From: Cetorhinus maximus
Lineage: Eukaryota
DNA length: 64,000 nt
Direction: 5' to 3'
Assembly (NCBI RefSeq): GCF_964194155.1
Contig: NC_135879.1
Location: forward strand, 192,138,001 to 192,202,000
Shown piece by piece: positions 23,651 through 38,055 of this stretch. The stretch's first letter is position 1, and each line of letters starts with the position of its first letter. The notes under the pieces are model-generated. The model was not told where the DNA came from. It saw only the letters and a list, made by a program, of their open reading frames with translations, and made no database searches. Made by a program: the position numbers and the translations under genes.

Positions 23651-25869
23651 GTTGTAGAAAAACATATTAGGTTCTCATTATTACCCCAATTTTAGGCAGG
23701 TACAGGTTGCTCCTGAGATGAAAAGTGATATATCCCTATTTCTTATCTGTTCTTACTGCTGATTCCCTCTGGCTCAACTTTGTAAGGAACCATTGGATCT
23801 TCCCCCAGGCCCTTGGTCAGGAGATGTTTTGTTAATGCACATATAGCACTGGCAGCTCGCCGATTTTATCACCAAATCACCATTACTGGTGACTGACTGC
23901 TTCTCCAGGCAACATCAGATGGGCAGGGCAATTATGGCATTCATCTGCCTGATGCGTGTAACAATATATATGGATTTGTGTACAATGCAAATTAACAAAG
24001 ATCATTTGATTTCAAACCACCGATATGGAAAGTTGGTGCAGCATTATTGACAAAATAGTAAACTCCATTTGTACTTGTGGGCAGGGGGTGGGGGAGATAA
24101 CTTATTTTTAGAAGAAAATAATCTAAAAGTCCTTCATTCCAGACATCAGTGAGGCTGAAGTAAATCACAAACTAGCGATTAAGTGATACCAAGCGTGGGT
24201 TTTAAAAGGCCATACATAGTAGGAGGAAAGTAAGACTACACCATATCATAATTAATAATAATTATGTAGACATTTGAAGTAGCATACTGTTAGCATAGCA
24301 ATGTTCTTTTCTACTATAGTTCCTAAAATGCAATATTGGGTTCCTGAAAATTGTGTGCAGGAATCCTGTCTTCAGGGCCCACATTGATAGGAAAACCTTA
24401 TGCAAGCACAGCATTCCAAAATGTGCTCTTGAGCTCTATGAAGCATTTTCAACTTTTGTGACTTAAATAAATTATAACCAAGCTCTGTGACTGGCTATTT
24501 AAATGAAATCACTTTTGAATTTGTAAAGAACTAACCATGGACAGTGAACCTGGGACTTGCTGAAGATTCAGAGGCTGAGAAAATACTGAAAAATAACTGG
24601 GTCAGAGGGGGTTAACTTATCATTGTGGGAGTTACTCATTTAAAATAAGAACACTTTTAAGTGAAAATAATTCACTGTCATTCTCTCAAAGTACTGCCCT
24701 GGCAGATTTCGAACATTAATTCTGTTGCATATTTTAATGACGTTTACCTACCTTTTTATTATTAATATCTCCATTTGATAAAAAATGCTGTTATTTCCAT
24801 GTACAAAAATTGTCATTGTACATAATGGAAATGAAATAGAACTTTTTAATACTGTCAGAATAAAATAATGAATAAATTACCACTGTCTTAATCTTTCATG
24901 TCTTTTAATGGCGATTCCCTATAAGAGAAAGTGGATTATAATTTGCCAGTGAAATGATTAAAGACGAACCATTATTAGAAAGCATATTCCACTAGATTGG
25001 ATATGACTTCCAGATTTATCTGTGGCACAGGCTGGAGAAAACCAATACCTAGAGTCATGGGCTCTTTCATTTTTTTTTTCCCCGGTGACAGGATGGAGAA
25101 TGGACGGTGTCAACTCACTGTCATCGAGGAGCGCTCCATGCCTTGTTTTCTCCTGCATTCATTTAGCCTTTCATTTGAGACTCTACCTATTGTGGCTGTT
25201 TCACACTAGCAGAGATGAGTAATCCGGGCTGCCTGTCACTTCTCCTGCATCACGAAGCTGCCTGCACGCAGTCTAATTGCCATCACAACATTTGAATCGA
25301 CACTTCATTTAGAATATGACATTATTTTGCAACCAGAGGAATATGAATATAGAATTTCTAATAAAACTGTATATAGTGCTAGGCAGCGGGCAGACTTCAT
25401 TTTTTAGAAAAATATTTGATTTTCTAATTTTTTTTTCCCACGGCACCAATGACCTGGTTCACGGGGTTCAGAATCCTTTGTTTAATTGCCTGCTACATAT
25501 CAGTTAAATTGAAAAAAAAATGTAATAAAGTAGTCAGTCAATTGACAAAAAAGTCTTTGAAATAGTATTAGGATTTCTTATTGCATTAGCTTCACAAATT
25601 GTTTTCTTCTTCCTATTGAGAGTATCACACAAAGCAGTTTAATTAGGTTCTACTTCCCTGTTTTCTTCCCTGCTGTCTTTTTTGATTCCTATTTGCTTTC
25701 TGTGATTGTCTTCTATTTTCTGACCTGCTTTATTTTACTTTTTGTTCTCTTTCTTTTGTCCCTCTTTCCCAACGTGTCCTGAAACAATGAAGATTACATT
25801 AAAATGGAAATGATCCAACTGCTTTTGAGATCTTGCATTTCATTGGCAGCCTATAGTTATTAAAAGTAT

Positions 25870-26460
25870 TAAATCGATACAGAGCCTTGGTTATACCACA
25901 TTTGAAATGCTGTGCCCAGCTCTCGTCTCCGTACAACAGAGAGGACAGTGAAGCACTGGAGAATGTATTAAAAAAAAGATTTACCAGGATATTACCATAA
26001 CTGAGAGGATGGAACTACTGTGAAAGGTTGATCAGGATGGGGTTTGTTTCACTGAAAAAGAAAAGGCTAAATGGAGACCTGATAAAGGCCTTTAAAATTA
26101 TGAAGGTTAATAGGGCAGATGCATAAAAAAGAACTGTTTCCACTTGTGGGTGAGGCCAGAACAAGGGGTCATAAATATAAGATAGCTGCTAATACACCAA
26201 ATGAAAAAGTTAGGAATAATTCGCACACAGACAAGTAAGGAGTTGGTACACACTACATTATGGAGTGGTTGAAACACAAATTGTTGATACATTTATGGAG
26301 AGAGTAGATGTGTCCATGAGGGAGAAGAGAATGGATGTGTGGACAAGATAAGGAGAGGTAATTAGAATGGGAGGATGCTCATGTGGAACATAAACATCAG
26401 CATGACCAGTTGGGATAATAACTTGTTTTTATGCTATAGATTCTATGTAATTCAATTTAA
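25870..26460 (+). mobile_element. CR1 LINE 3' fragment
   Basis: Degraded ALVIPHLKC..EALENV..FSLKKKRLNGDLIKAFKIMK and a 3' UTR like 19345-19900. Confidence 0.75.
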
Positions 26461-28044
26461 TGTAATGTAAAATAAATGTAAATATGTATATCAAAAAATA
26501 ATTGATTTATGATTCTTTTCGATTTAGCCTGGAGACTGAAATTGATTAGTCTGGGCAAACAATACTCCACCTACCCCCTATCCAAAATTAGTTTTTCCTT
26601 TCAAACAAATTCTCCTCCATTTCTTCCAAATAATTTCTGTGTTCCGATAGCATGGGGATCATGGTGTCTTGCTAAATTATACACAGAGGTATAGCAAGAG
26701 GTTTTTTTCATGCAGCATTATTTTCATAAAGGGGTAATCTCAATGCTGATGCTGTATTCTTAAGTAGAGCAATGATAAGATTTTGCATAGAGTGCTCTGA
26801 TATGTCAGTTTAAAATGGAGAGAGGGTGTATATAATACCAAAGTTGAATTTTGAAGTTAACATGAGGCACTTGGGAAGAGTCATTTTGAAATACTAGTGG
26901 TAAGAAGGATTAAATTTCCCAATGAGAAAAATCAGCGATGCGCCAAGTTGATCCATGCTTCAGTGAAAGATCAGAGACTGAATTCTAACCCCAGAAATAA
27001 GTCGCAAAGGTTCAATTCTTCCTTTGAAGACCATCATGGCAAGATAGTTTAGTCACTAATGTTCTGGCACTAAAATGTGAGAGAAACTATTTGAAGTTGC
27101 AGTGTTTGATGATGAAGTCAACTTAATATTCGCTTTTGAGTTCCATTCAAATTCTTATCCTGTACTTCAAATAGATGTGGCTTTGGTACTGACCATAATG
27201 TAAATCTAACTTTATACTTTAACTGTACAAGTTCAAACAAAATATGCATTATTAATAATAATAAAGATTTATTATTTTATCCGCATGCATGCAAGGAGTG
27301 CTTGCTCCTTGTCTCTGTATTTCTCTCTGACCACCTACACATCCAGGTTGTCTAATTTATCAAGTGATACACCCTTGTAATGGTGATCCTCAGGATTAGC
27401 ATTGAACTGAAATTTTCTTTCCTCAGTTCTCTCCAATGCTTAGTTTGCAACAATTGGCAGCTATAATTAGGAACAGGGTTGACCAGAGGAAAACAAAAAA
27501 CACAAAACTACCCATAATAGAAAGAAGATCCATATTTTCCCCAAACTAATTGAAACATACTTTTTTTTTGCAAAGGCTTGTCTACAAGTATATTAAAATA
27601 AAATGTAAGTTATTATTTTTCTTAATGCAGATTTTTTTAATGCACAAATGCAATTCTAAGACCTCATTAGGATTCCCAGCTGCTGTCAACTAGTAATTCT
27701 ATCTCTTAAAGTCATCTGTGGACTGTAGTAGTTTTGAAGTTATTAAGGCTGCTCTGTTCCAGATTCATTGCAAGGATAGTGTCAGCTCCAGCTACAGCCG
27801 TGATAAAGTGAACTGACATATTGAACTTCTTGCCAGTGGGGATCATATTATGCTCATGCAAATCAATTCCACACATGACATTTGCTCTCATGGACTGGGG
27901 CTGCTATGCCCATGTGAGCAAAATGGGCAAATATGTCTTTTTATTTTCAGTTGCATGTCACATATATGCCTTTATGTATTTACAATGTCTATTGGTTCTT
28001 TGCAGCTACAAACCAGTCTTTGAGATTGAGCCTTCGTAATGCCA

Positions 28045-28280
28045 GGAACATAAAGAACATCAGAAATAGGAGCTGGAGTAGGCTATTTGGCCTTTCGAGC
28101 CTGCTCCACTAATCAACAAGACCATGGCTGGTCTTCTGCCTCAACTACACTTCCTGTACAACTCCCAATATCCCTTAATTTCCTTAGTACCCAAAAGTCT
28201 ATCAATCTCTCCTGAATACACTCATTGACTGAGCATCCACAGCTCTCTGGAGTAGAGAATTCCAAACATTCATAACCCTT
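28045..28280 (-). mobile_element. CR1 3' UTR fragment
   Basis: AACATCAGAAATAGGAGCTGGAGTAGGCTATTTGGCCTTTCGAGCCTGCTCC, homologous to 9130-9370. Confidence 0.75.
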
Positions 28281-30274
28281 TGGGATTTTTGTATGGAGGC
28301 ATCACAGCCCACTTTAATTTAACCTCACTTTACATCAAGACCTTAGACTTTCCAGCAGAGACCACTGGAGATGAAATTTGGGGCATGAAACCTGGGGGAT
28401 TCTTCCTTTCCCAGGGCCCCGAGGATAATTTCAACGCCCATATGAAGCTGAGATCTGCTAACTCAGCAACAAGAGTGAAAGGAAACTGGGTACATAAGGA
28501 CAGGAGTAGACCATTCAGCCCCTTGAGCCTGTTCTGCAACTCAATTAGGTCATGGATGATCTGTAGCTTAGCTCCATTTGGTACTGTATTAGACTTTATA
28601 GCTTAATTTCATAGTGCACTTATTAACTGATCTAAGTATATTTAAACATCCCAATGACATCATGAGATATTAGAATAGAATTTTTTCTATGTTTTTATTG
28701 TAGTTAATTTTAAACAGTGGTAACAGTCTTTTTATTGCTACACTGACCTTCCTTTTGAATATAAAATGGGCTTTTACCCTCACCCCCCGGGTGCCCGTCT
28801 GCTACCTCATTTTTCAAATATAAAACCACACACTGACTGGCTTCTGAAGGATGCATGGCCCACTGTTCATGTGCCATTTTTTCCATGTCATTAAGCACAC
28901 ATCTGGGGTTTACATACACTGGTGTGCACATATGCAAATACAGTACTACACTTCAAAACCCAGTGACAGCTAACCCAGTCAACTAGTTGAAGACGCCAAT
29001 ATTCAGTGACAGACCTACTTACGCAATAACATAAACAATACCTGGATAGATCCATTCAAAGCACATGTGCATTGTCACAGCAATTTGTTCAAAATTAAAT
29101 TTTAAATACCATGTCAAAAAAAGCTTCCCGGCAGGCTCAAGAATCAATCAATCCATTCTGATATTTATTGATGTAACTATGAAATGTCATTGTGCATCTT
29201 TATTAACTCATTATCTATTCAATATCAAAATATGTGGATCAATATAAGGAGAATAAAATAACTCTGTCTCAAAACTCAATATTTTCATAGTTCCCGGTTT
29301 GCAAATGTGATGACTGTTGAAACACTAACTTTAAAGATTATGATTCTTTTGAATTTGAGTAATGATTTTTTTGTAACTGAGGAACACAACTGTCTAAAGG
29401 TGCTCGCAAATACACTTGATTAAGAAGGCATCTAGACCCGATATGCAGTGCTGGAGCCTTTGGCATTTAAGCATCGCCTACTTTATAGTCATAATGGATT
29501 AAAAAGAGGGCTCACAAGAGTTGCATGAGCAGCAGAATTTCTTTCTCCCAACTCCCTCAAGGCAATGGATCCTCTACATGTCAGAGTCATGTTGCTGGGT
29601 CAAAAGCATTGCTGTTATCTTACAAGCCCACTTGACTGATTAGCTAACAGAGTTTGGGAAACAAAAAAGCTTCATCAGTTTTCTCAATTAATTGTTTCGT
29701 TTTCCACCAAAAATTGTTTAATGGACAGATGTCACATTGCTGTTTGTCTGACCCTTGTTGAGTACATAATGACTGTCAAATTTGTTGGCAATAGTCAATG
29801 CATATAAAAGTAACTCAAAGTACATGAACAACTTTGAAAGGCTTCTAAGAGACAGAGCTATATAAAAAAAAAGTCTTTCTGAAGATACTGACCTTGATAG
29901 GATAGGGCCTCTTGGACATTGGGCATCTGTGGTGATTTGTTAAAGGATGCATTATTCATATGTGAGCCTTTTCTGCGAGCATTGGCAAACCATTCAACTG
30001 TGGGGGTATCACAGAGAAGCTTAAAACTGCTTCATCTAATGGTGATGTTCTCATCCAGCAGCAATCACTGGAGATAAGTATTGGAAAACCTGGTCAATAA
30101 TCCCCTTTATAATCCAGGGACATTGAGGAAAACAGTAGCAACCCCATCATCAGCTTTGACTGAGATTAGCTAAAGTATATGAGATTAAACTGGAGTCTTC
30201 CTAGCCTCTTATAGCTCTACCATCTACTAGCTAATTTGTTATTGGGGAGCTCTGCAAACAACAAAAAAAACCCT

Positions 30275-31049
30275 TGGGTGCAATAACACACCGGGGGGTT
30301 GTAATGGTGGGCGTGCAGACAGCTCCTTGTTTTGGATTTCCAGCATCCGCAGTTTTTTGCTTTTATCCTCCAGAAATCATGTCAGTATGAAGCCAACTGG
30401 CCCTGCAGCCATAAAGCGTTGTGGGGCTCATTTATGAGGGCTGAGTGGGACTTTCGCCACTCACTGGTGTGGAAGTCTCACCCTCTGGAGCAGCCAGCCA
30501 GTCCGACTTAGCCTGCAGCTCCATCAGTTCTGGCAGCGCCAGGAAGGTAGCAGTGGCAGCTGCCGGGACTGCAGGTGAAGAGAAGAGCCCAAGGCCTAGG
30601 ATCCCCAGAACAGGTAAGTCCAGGGTCTCGGGCCAGGAGGAGTCAGGAGTTTTAGGGAGAGGGGCAGTGGTGGGATGCGGGGGTGGGTTTAAGAGAGGGA
30701 GTTAGTAGGAAAGAAAGGGGGTTTCAGTCTAAGTCTAAGCACCACAATCAACAAAGGGCAGCCGCCAAAAAGTGACACCCCACCCCCCCACTTCCTTTAC
30801 CCCCTTCAACTATTTGAGGTTAATAATCGAGTTTCCCACTCTCGTCCTCCTTTCCACACCAAACATGGGCTTGATAACAAGCCTAATTGACCCTTAATTG
30901 GTCATTTTAATATGGCGGGTGGGCTGCCGATTTCAGTGCCCACCTGCCCCCGTTTTATATGGGGGTGAGCTTGGGGGTGGGTGGGAATGTGGTCAGATGC
31001 CTGCCCACCCCATTTTGCTTGCCCGTCAGGGGCACATAAAATTCAACCC
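30275..31049. mobile_element. Harbinger-type non-autonomous element
   Basis: Homologous to 33067-33813 and ends TAAAATTCAACCC; interrupted at ~30328-30366 by a short Penelope tail copy (TTTTGGATTTCCAGCATCCGCAG). Confidence 0.65.
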
Positions 31050-33066
31050 CTCCTTTCTAAGGGTATTGGCTACTCCTGGGGTATGGTTCCATTGTCATCA
31101 GCCACCTCCAGTGCTCTCCAAGTGGCCATTATCCAGTGTGGCCTTTAATTATAGGCATCTGAAAGCTGTTTAACAACAGAGGCATCACTGCAAAATCAAA
31201 TTCTGGCCTCAGAGATACATACACACTTGCCAGAAACCATGAGCAAAATTGTAGCTGATTTAGCCCCCTGCCTCCACCCCACCACAGCATTGGAGCACTG
31301 AGGCCAATTACAGTATCAATGCAAGAGAGGCCAAAAGCTCAGCTTAGAATGGGGTTCACATTTGGGACCTTTCTGTCTGTATGATATTAATCAACTAAAG
31401 TGGAGTAGTTTGTGGGCCTAGCTAACTGAAATGATGTGAGTTTATCCTTGCATCACTGATTGTGTCTGCTGCTACATTTCTGTTCTCTGTACTTAAAAAC
31501 AGCAGAAAAAACTGTTTATCATAAAGCAAAGCATTAAATTGGAAATTAAAACAGAAAATACGAGAAACACTCAGCAAGCCAGGCGGTATCTGTGAAGGCA
31601 GTAAGGTAGCGTTAATGTTTTAGGTTGATAATTTCTCATTGGAATCTAGTGAAAAGTCATTGATATGAAAAACTTCATGTTGCAGCAATATATGACTCAT
31701 TGAAGTAAAAATATTTCCTGTTGGTTAACCCTGTGGTGTTATTGTGAAGTTTGGAGTGTAACCCTTCTCTGCCTTTTGCGGGAATGAAACATTCTTGAAA
31801 TTTCACCAATGAGGTGAAATAAATAGAATGAAAATCAGAAGGATTCTATAAAGGGTGATTGATGTGTCTAAGGAATGAAACCTACCCCACTATCTGAATG
31901 AACAGTTCTTAACAAAAACAATATTAGAAGCATTTGCTTTTTTCACTTGATTCAAATTTGGGATATTTGACACATTACATGAGCTCTCAGTAGAACATTA
32001 GCTACACAATGCTATTTTTTAAATTCAAAACAGAATGGATTATTATTCTAAACTTGAGGTTCACACAGTAATATTTCATTACAAGGATTTGACACTTATG
32101 CGCTAAGTAAACCAGGATGCTTTCAACTTTTTTACAAAAGTAGAGTTTGGTGGTAATAGCTCATCACCACCTTCTTAAGTGCAATTAGGGTTGGCCATGA
32201 ATGAATAAAAAAGTGCTCAGTATAAGATGGTTTCATTGTACTCATATACCAACATACATAAGCCCATACACAGAAGATTTTGGCCACTGAGAGTTCTAAA
32301 AAAGAATGCTGGCTCAGATGGTAAATATAGGGTACTGAACCATAAATACTGGCTTATGTAAAGTCCGGTGTTCTGTCCCTATTCTATGTTGAGTTAAGAA
32401 TACAAATCAACCACTACTAAGTTCTACATAAATTATAACTTTCCTTTGTTTGAGGTTTGCATATAGGTCTTGATAATACAATTGGAACATTTCATTTACT
32501 TCTTAATCTTGATTTTCAAATATATGAAATATTTTAGACCATTTCTAAAATGTTAGTACATAATTCAATTAAACATGAATAATTTATCTCATTCTATGTT
32601 TCCTATTTGATTCAGGGGTGCTGGTCTCGTTTTAAAAATGAATAAGTGAATTATAATAGCACTGGAAAATGAACCGAAATGTATGCATATCTTTGGCATT
32701 AATGGTGATTTCTTGACATATAATGATACTAATCTTTATAATATTGATTACAGTAAACATAAAATGCTGATAATAAATGGCAGTACATTAATTTTATACG
32801 TAAGTCAAAGCTTCACTTCTTTGAACATACATGGGGTGGCACTGTCTTGCTTCAAAGGCAAGAAATGTAACTTGTGAAACTTTGCTGTAATATTCTTATA
32901 ATTCACTGCTCCATCAATAATCATTGTTTTTAACTTTCTTCAGTGAGAAATACTTTGTGGAACACTGAGAACAAGACATAAATAAGTCAACCATGACAGT
33001 AAAGTTTGGAAAACTTTAGTCCATCTTAGGGACCACCTCTTATTCAAAAGGATTTTAAAAATAAGT

Positions 33067-33813
33067 GGCTAAATAATATGGGGGAGCGAATGGGCACGCC
33101 GCCCCTCCCCCTTAGAAACCATGTCGGTATGAAGCCGACCGACTCCACACCAATCAGCCCGGCAGCCATAAAGTGCTAAGAGGCTTATTAACCAGGGCTG
33201 AGTGGGACTTCCACCTCTTGTGAGGCAGAAGTCCCATTCCCTGGAGCTGCCGACCAATCCATTTGGCTGGCAGCTCCCATCAGTCCCAGCAGCACCAGGA
33301 AAGCATCAGTGGCAGCTGCCGGGACTGAGGTGAAGAGTGGAGCCCAAGGCCTAGGATGCTGGAAGAAGGTAAGTCCAGGGTCTTGAACTGGCAGGGTTTG
33401 GGAATGTGAGGAACAGGGGCAGTGGGGGGGGGCAGAGAGTGGGTTGAAGAGAGTGGGCAGGTAGGAAGGGAGCCGGCTGCCCTGTGATCAGCAAAGGGCA
33501 GGCCCCAAAGACCAAACTCCCTTTCCTCCCACCCTTTAACCATTTGAGATTAAAAATCAGGCTTACTGCTCCTGCCCTGCTGTATTATGAGGGTCAATAG
33601 GCTTGATAACAAGCCTAATTGACTCTCAATTAGTAATTTTAATATGGAGCATGGGCTGCCAATTTTGGCACCTGCCCAACACATCCCCCCGTATTATGGG
33701 GATGTGCTTCGGGGTGGGTGGAAAAGTGGTGGGATGGGTGCCCACCCCATTTTACCTGCGCCCCCCCCCCCCCATGTGAAACATGCCCACTGGGGGCATG
33801 TAAAGTTCATCCC
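33067..33813. mobile_element. Harbinger-type non-autonomous element
   Basis: Homologous to 30275-31049 (GGCAGCTGCCGGGACTG, AGGCCTAGGAT, GGCTTGATAACAAGCC); ends TAAAGTTCATCCC. Confidence 0.65.
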
Positions 33814-34775
33814 ATGAAGTTCTAGCAATAAAATTAGAGAATAAGAAGGACCAAGGATGTCAATGCTTACCACAGCTAATCCATACCAAATGTGGAGTGA
33901 CAAGATTATAATCATCTCTTCTGTAAAGCTATCCAAATGAAATCCATTTCACATTAGCACAAGATTAATATTTTTAGGCATCCTGTAGGATGTGACTTTG
34001 TTGTAACCCAGAGATTTGTGTTCTACACTGTGTACAAAATCTAATGAAAGTGTTGTTTTCTCCCTCTGTCTAACTCTGAAACACAAATAGATTATTGCAA
34101 TAGGGCTGGGAAGATTTTGTCAGTGGAAGTTAAAAGGATTTAAAAGATGCTTTTCTATTAGCCTTGTGCTTACTTAAAACTAGTTCAGCATGTAATATTG
34201 AGTCGGTGTTTTTCTAATGTTTCTCTTACATGCACTAAAAAGTGGCATTGTGACAGAGCAGAAATTATCGCATTTTTCTAGGTTAAGAAAAATTGCTAAA
34301 AACAGCAAAATTTTATTAACTCCAACTTCTGTTGCATTTTTAAACAATATACAATTCTGTCATTTCTGGGAACTGTTTTGTTTCAACAAGAATTTAATGT
34401 AACTTAAAAATATTGTTAAGTTGGGAACTATGCTGTGACAAGATTAATTACATATGATTGGCACCGCGTTAGAGATGATCGGCTGTCAATCATCTCTGAT
34501 GCCGAATCTAACCTTAGATGACATTGGTGTGTGGAGAAGAATTAATTATTTGAAGTGTGTTATACAAAAACGTTTTAAATAAAGGACGTTTTTGGAATTA
34601 CAATGTTTTATAATATGCAGGTCTCTTTTTAATTAAACTATTCAGTTTTGTAATAATATTTAATAAGCAATTTTATATTTTTATAATAGACTTCAATCTT
34701 TCAGTAATGATAAGGAGAGTAGAAATACGAACTCGATCCACGGCACTGATTTGTCGTTCTTAACAAGGAATGCCT

Positions 34776-34832
34776 GTTTCTGTCCATGGTGCTGAATGAC
34801 AGACAATGGCTGTCTCTGGCCGTGGTGCTGAA
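34776..34832 (-). promoter_or_regulatory. Two tandem RE1/NRSE (REST-binding) motifs
   Basis: CTGTCCATGGTGCTGAA (34780-34796) and CTGGCCGTGGTGCTGAA (34816-34832) are reverse complements of the TTCAGCACCAYGGACAG consensus with 0 and 1 mismatch. Confidence 0.65.
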
Positions 34833-36393
34833 GCTCAGTATGACAGGCTGTAACTGTCACGGTATGCCGCGATGATCACAGCATGACAGGTAATATCTGG
34901 CTACGTCCAAAGTACAGAATCACAGTACAAAAAGCAAATAACTGTCACTGTCACAGACTGAAACAGCAGCCAAAACAACCAATTCACAACTCTACATAAA
35001 CCAATTATATTTAAAACATAGGCTAATATACAAGAAGGTCTGGACAAGGTGTCTGGCATACAAATGAAGGATCTGGAGATGATAATATATCTGTTTGAAG
35101 AAGTCAGTCTAGGAGCATATGCACAGCACTGCACAGGTAGTGATGAAAACGAGCACAGGGGAATCTTTAAATTTTGAGGAAGCCATAATTCTTTTTGATT
35201 TATGGTGCATCAATGGCATTTTAGAAGAGCTGAGAAATATCCTAGCACAAGCACCTACAGAGGGTTCCAGTACAGACTTGGGATAAAAATAAATGGTAAA
35301 ATATGTGAAAGATTCAAGAAGGATATTCACAGTGGGATGCACATAAATTGGAGTATTTTTGATGTAAAGAGGTGTACTAAAAAGTGACTTAATGTTAATT
35401 TGTATTTGTATTTATAAAGAAATAAAATGCATCTAGCAAGCTGTAATCTTAGTTCCCATAACTACCCTATTTATTTTGAATCTTTTCTTAAATTAAAGAT
35501 GCTCAAGAGTAGTTTTAAGAAAAAAAAACAATGAAAATGCTGACTTTTAAACTAGCATGTTTGCGAGTGTCCAGTAGAGGACATGTGAAGCAAGCATCTA
35601 ATTCAACTGATTAGAGCTTTCAGTGTTCATCTGACTATTCTAAGAACTGAAGATAATGTAATACCTTAAAATTAAGGACAGTTTCCCTAAAGCATTAGTA
35701 AATTATCAATACCAAGAAATTGGGACTAGCATTAGTACAGAACCAATTTGAAGACATTGTATATTCCCTATATCTTCAAGCATCTCTTTTGAAATATGTG
35801 CACAATACTCCTAAAATTGGATTATCAATACTAAAGTTTCAGGGTTAGCTCTTCTAGAAATACTAAACTAATCTGTAACCACACTGGGCTTCAACTGTAG
35901 TCATTGCAAAACAGTTTTTTTTTACTATTAATTGGTTGTACTGTGTAATTAGTACTTCTTTTCATAATAATATTCACAAATAAATTCAAAATTATATTTG
36001 GTTAGCCTCATTATAAAAATATTACCTTGCCATACAGGCCAGATGGTATCATGCTTCAGTTCCAAATTTAAAACATGTGATAAATTCTATGCATGCATTA
36101 GAAATCAAATGCCCAGCCTGCAGCAAATTTTGTCTATTAATCTATTCTATAATTAAAGGCAGGTCTGTGACTTTCTTAATGAGAGTTTAATTATTTAGGG
36201 TGAGACAAAGTGGACTAAGCAGAATGTAAATTATTCAACTTCTTTACAACAGGTTATTCTCCATCTTATAAAAATTGAGTAATAATTAGAAACTATAGTT
36301 TGGTTTCCATAGAGTATGAGCTTCTGTATTTATAAAGCATATGTGTGCATGAACATGCACTCAATATTACTATGCAAACTTGTACATAACTAT

Positions 36394-37090
36394 GGCCAGA
36401 ATTTTATGTCATGCGAGTAGGCACATGCCTGACCCGAATGGCATTAAATTGCGTGAGATGACATTGGGTAGATGTCCTGAAGTCATCGGGCACCTGTGCG
36501 ATATTTCGCTCAGTGGGCGCATGCAAAAGTCGGAAGAGCACCCACCGACAATTAAATGGGCAATTAAGCTCATTAATTGCCCAATTGTAAGTAATTTTTC
36601 GTGGCTCGTCCAACCTTATGGTTGGCGGATGGGCCAATTGGCTAGGCAGGCTTTACGTTTTTAATGAAACCTCATCCAAGGGTGGGATGAAATCTCCGTT
36701 AGGATTTAAAATAAAAAGAAGTACCTGGGGCCTGTTTTTTTTTTAATGAGGTAAGCTCTCAAGTGCTTGATTTTGCTGCCTGGACATTTTTTTGCAGCAT
36801 TTTTGTGCTTTCTTTCAGTATTTGGAGGTCTGCCGCTCCTGAGGCAGCTGGCTGCCTTCAGGGAACTCACTGGAAGCGCTTGCCAGCATCCGCGGTGACG
36901 TCAATGCCCACCCCCCCCACCCCCCACCTGCATCACTGAGCCTTTCTCCAGGCGCATTCTATGTTGGCTGGTCATTAGTTGGTCAGCCAACGTGAAATCG
37001 CTGTTGGAGGCCAATCGCGATGTGAGGCGGTTTCCCGTCGACTCCTGGGCCCGCTGATCACGCACGCCCAACAAGCACAAAATTCAGGCC
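36394..37090. mobile_element. PIF/Harbinger-type MITE
   Basis: TIRs GGCCAGAATTTT / AAAATTCAGGCC, TSD TAT/TAT; homologous to 61790-62466 and to the terminus at 56450-56615. Confidence 0.85.
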
Positions 37091-38055
37091 TATATGTAGT
37101 TATGAAAAAATTACTGTAAGATAATGCAGTGGAAATATGGCCTTAGAAGGAACATAAATACATGATATATTATCACTTGGATGAAAATTAATAAAAGACA
37201 AAAGATTGTCATCAAAATGATTTTTTTGGATCCAACTGCTCAACATTTAATTTTACTAAGGCTCATTCAGAGCCTTCCGCTCATACTCGATTATTGAATA
37301 CATTCATATCCTGAAGCAATAACTGAAATAATTGTCAATTAGAATATGCTTCAGGTTAGCTAGGTTTGATTTTTGAAAGATATCTAAGTTGTGAATTTAA
37401 ATGTCATTAAAGTTACCACACACATGTTCATCTCAGATAAACAGTGAGATTCAAGAAGTTACATTTCACAAAGGAAAACATTATAAACTCAGCTAAACTG
37501 GTGCTTAATCCTAATGTTCTGTTTGCATCCCAATGGAAAAAAATCTGAAATAGATACCGCGTCACCGCTCGAGAAGAAAAAAATGACATAGCTCATTATT
37601 GACCACGTAACCTCTTTTTTCCATAAGATCAAAAATATTTGCCTCCTCACATAGCTTAAGGTGGAACTCAGCTGCAGTTAGAATAAATAAAATGACCATC
37701 AATGACAGAAAGTTGTCCATTGACATTGTGAATGAAGTAATGTTGACTTTTAGAGTGTGTCAACAGTACTCATAACATCCAAACATGACAGGAGGAACTC
37801 ATGCTGATAGACTAACTCAACAAGAATTTCTCATGAAGACAGTGCCTATGGGATGATGTGAAGACTTCAAGATTTATGCCTATTAATAATTCTGCAAGTT
37901 TCAGGAGCAATACCTTTGGAGAGGGTGTTTAACAATCGACAGTATGTATTTTTTGAACTTGGCAAGAATTGTGAGTAAGTCAAAAATATCAGCACGCTTG
38001 AGGAACATAACTGTCAAATTATGAAACAAATAATTATTGTTTGTGAATTTTAATC

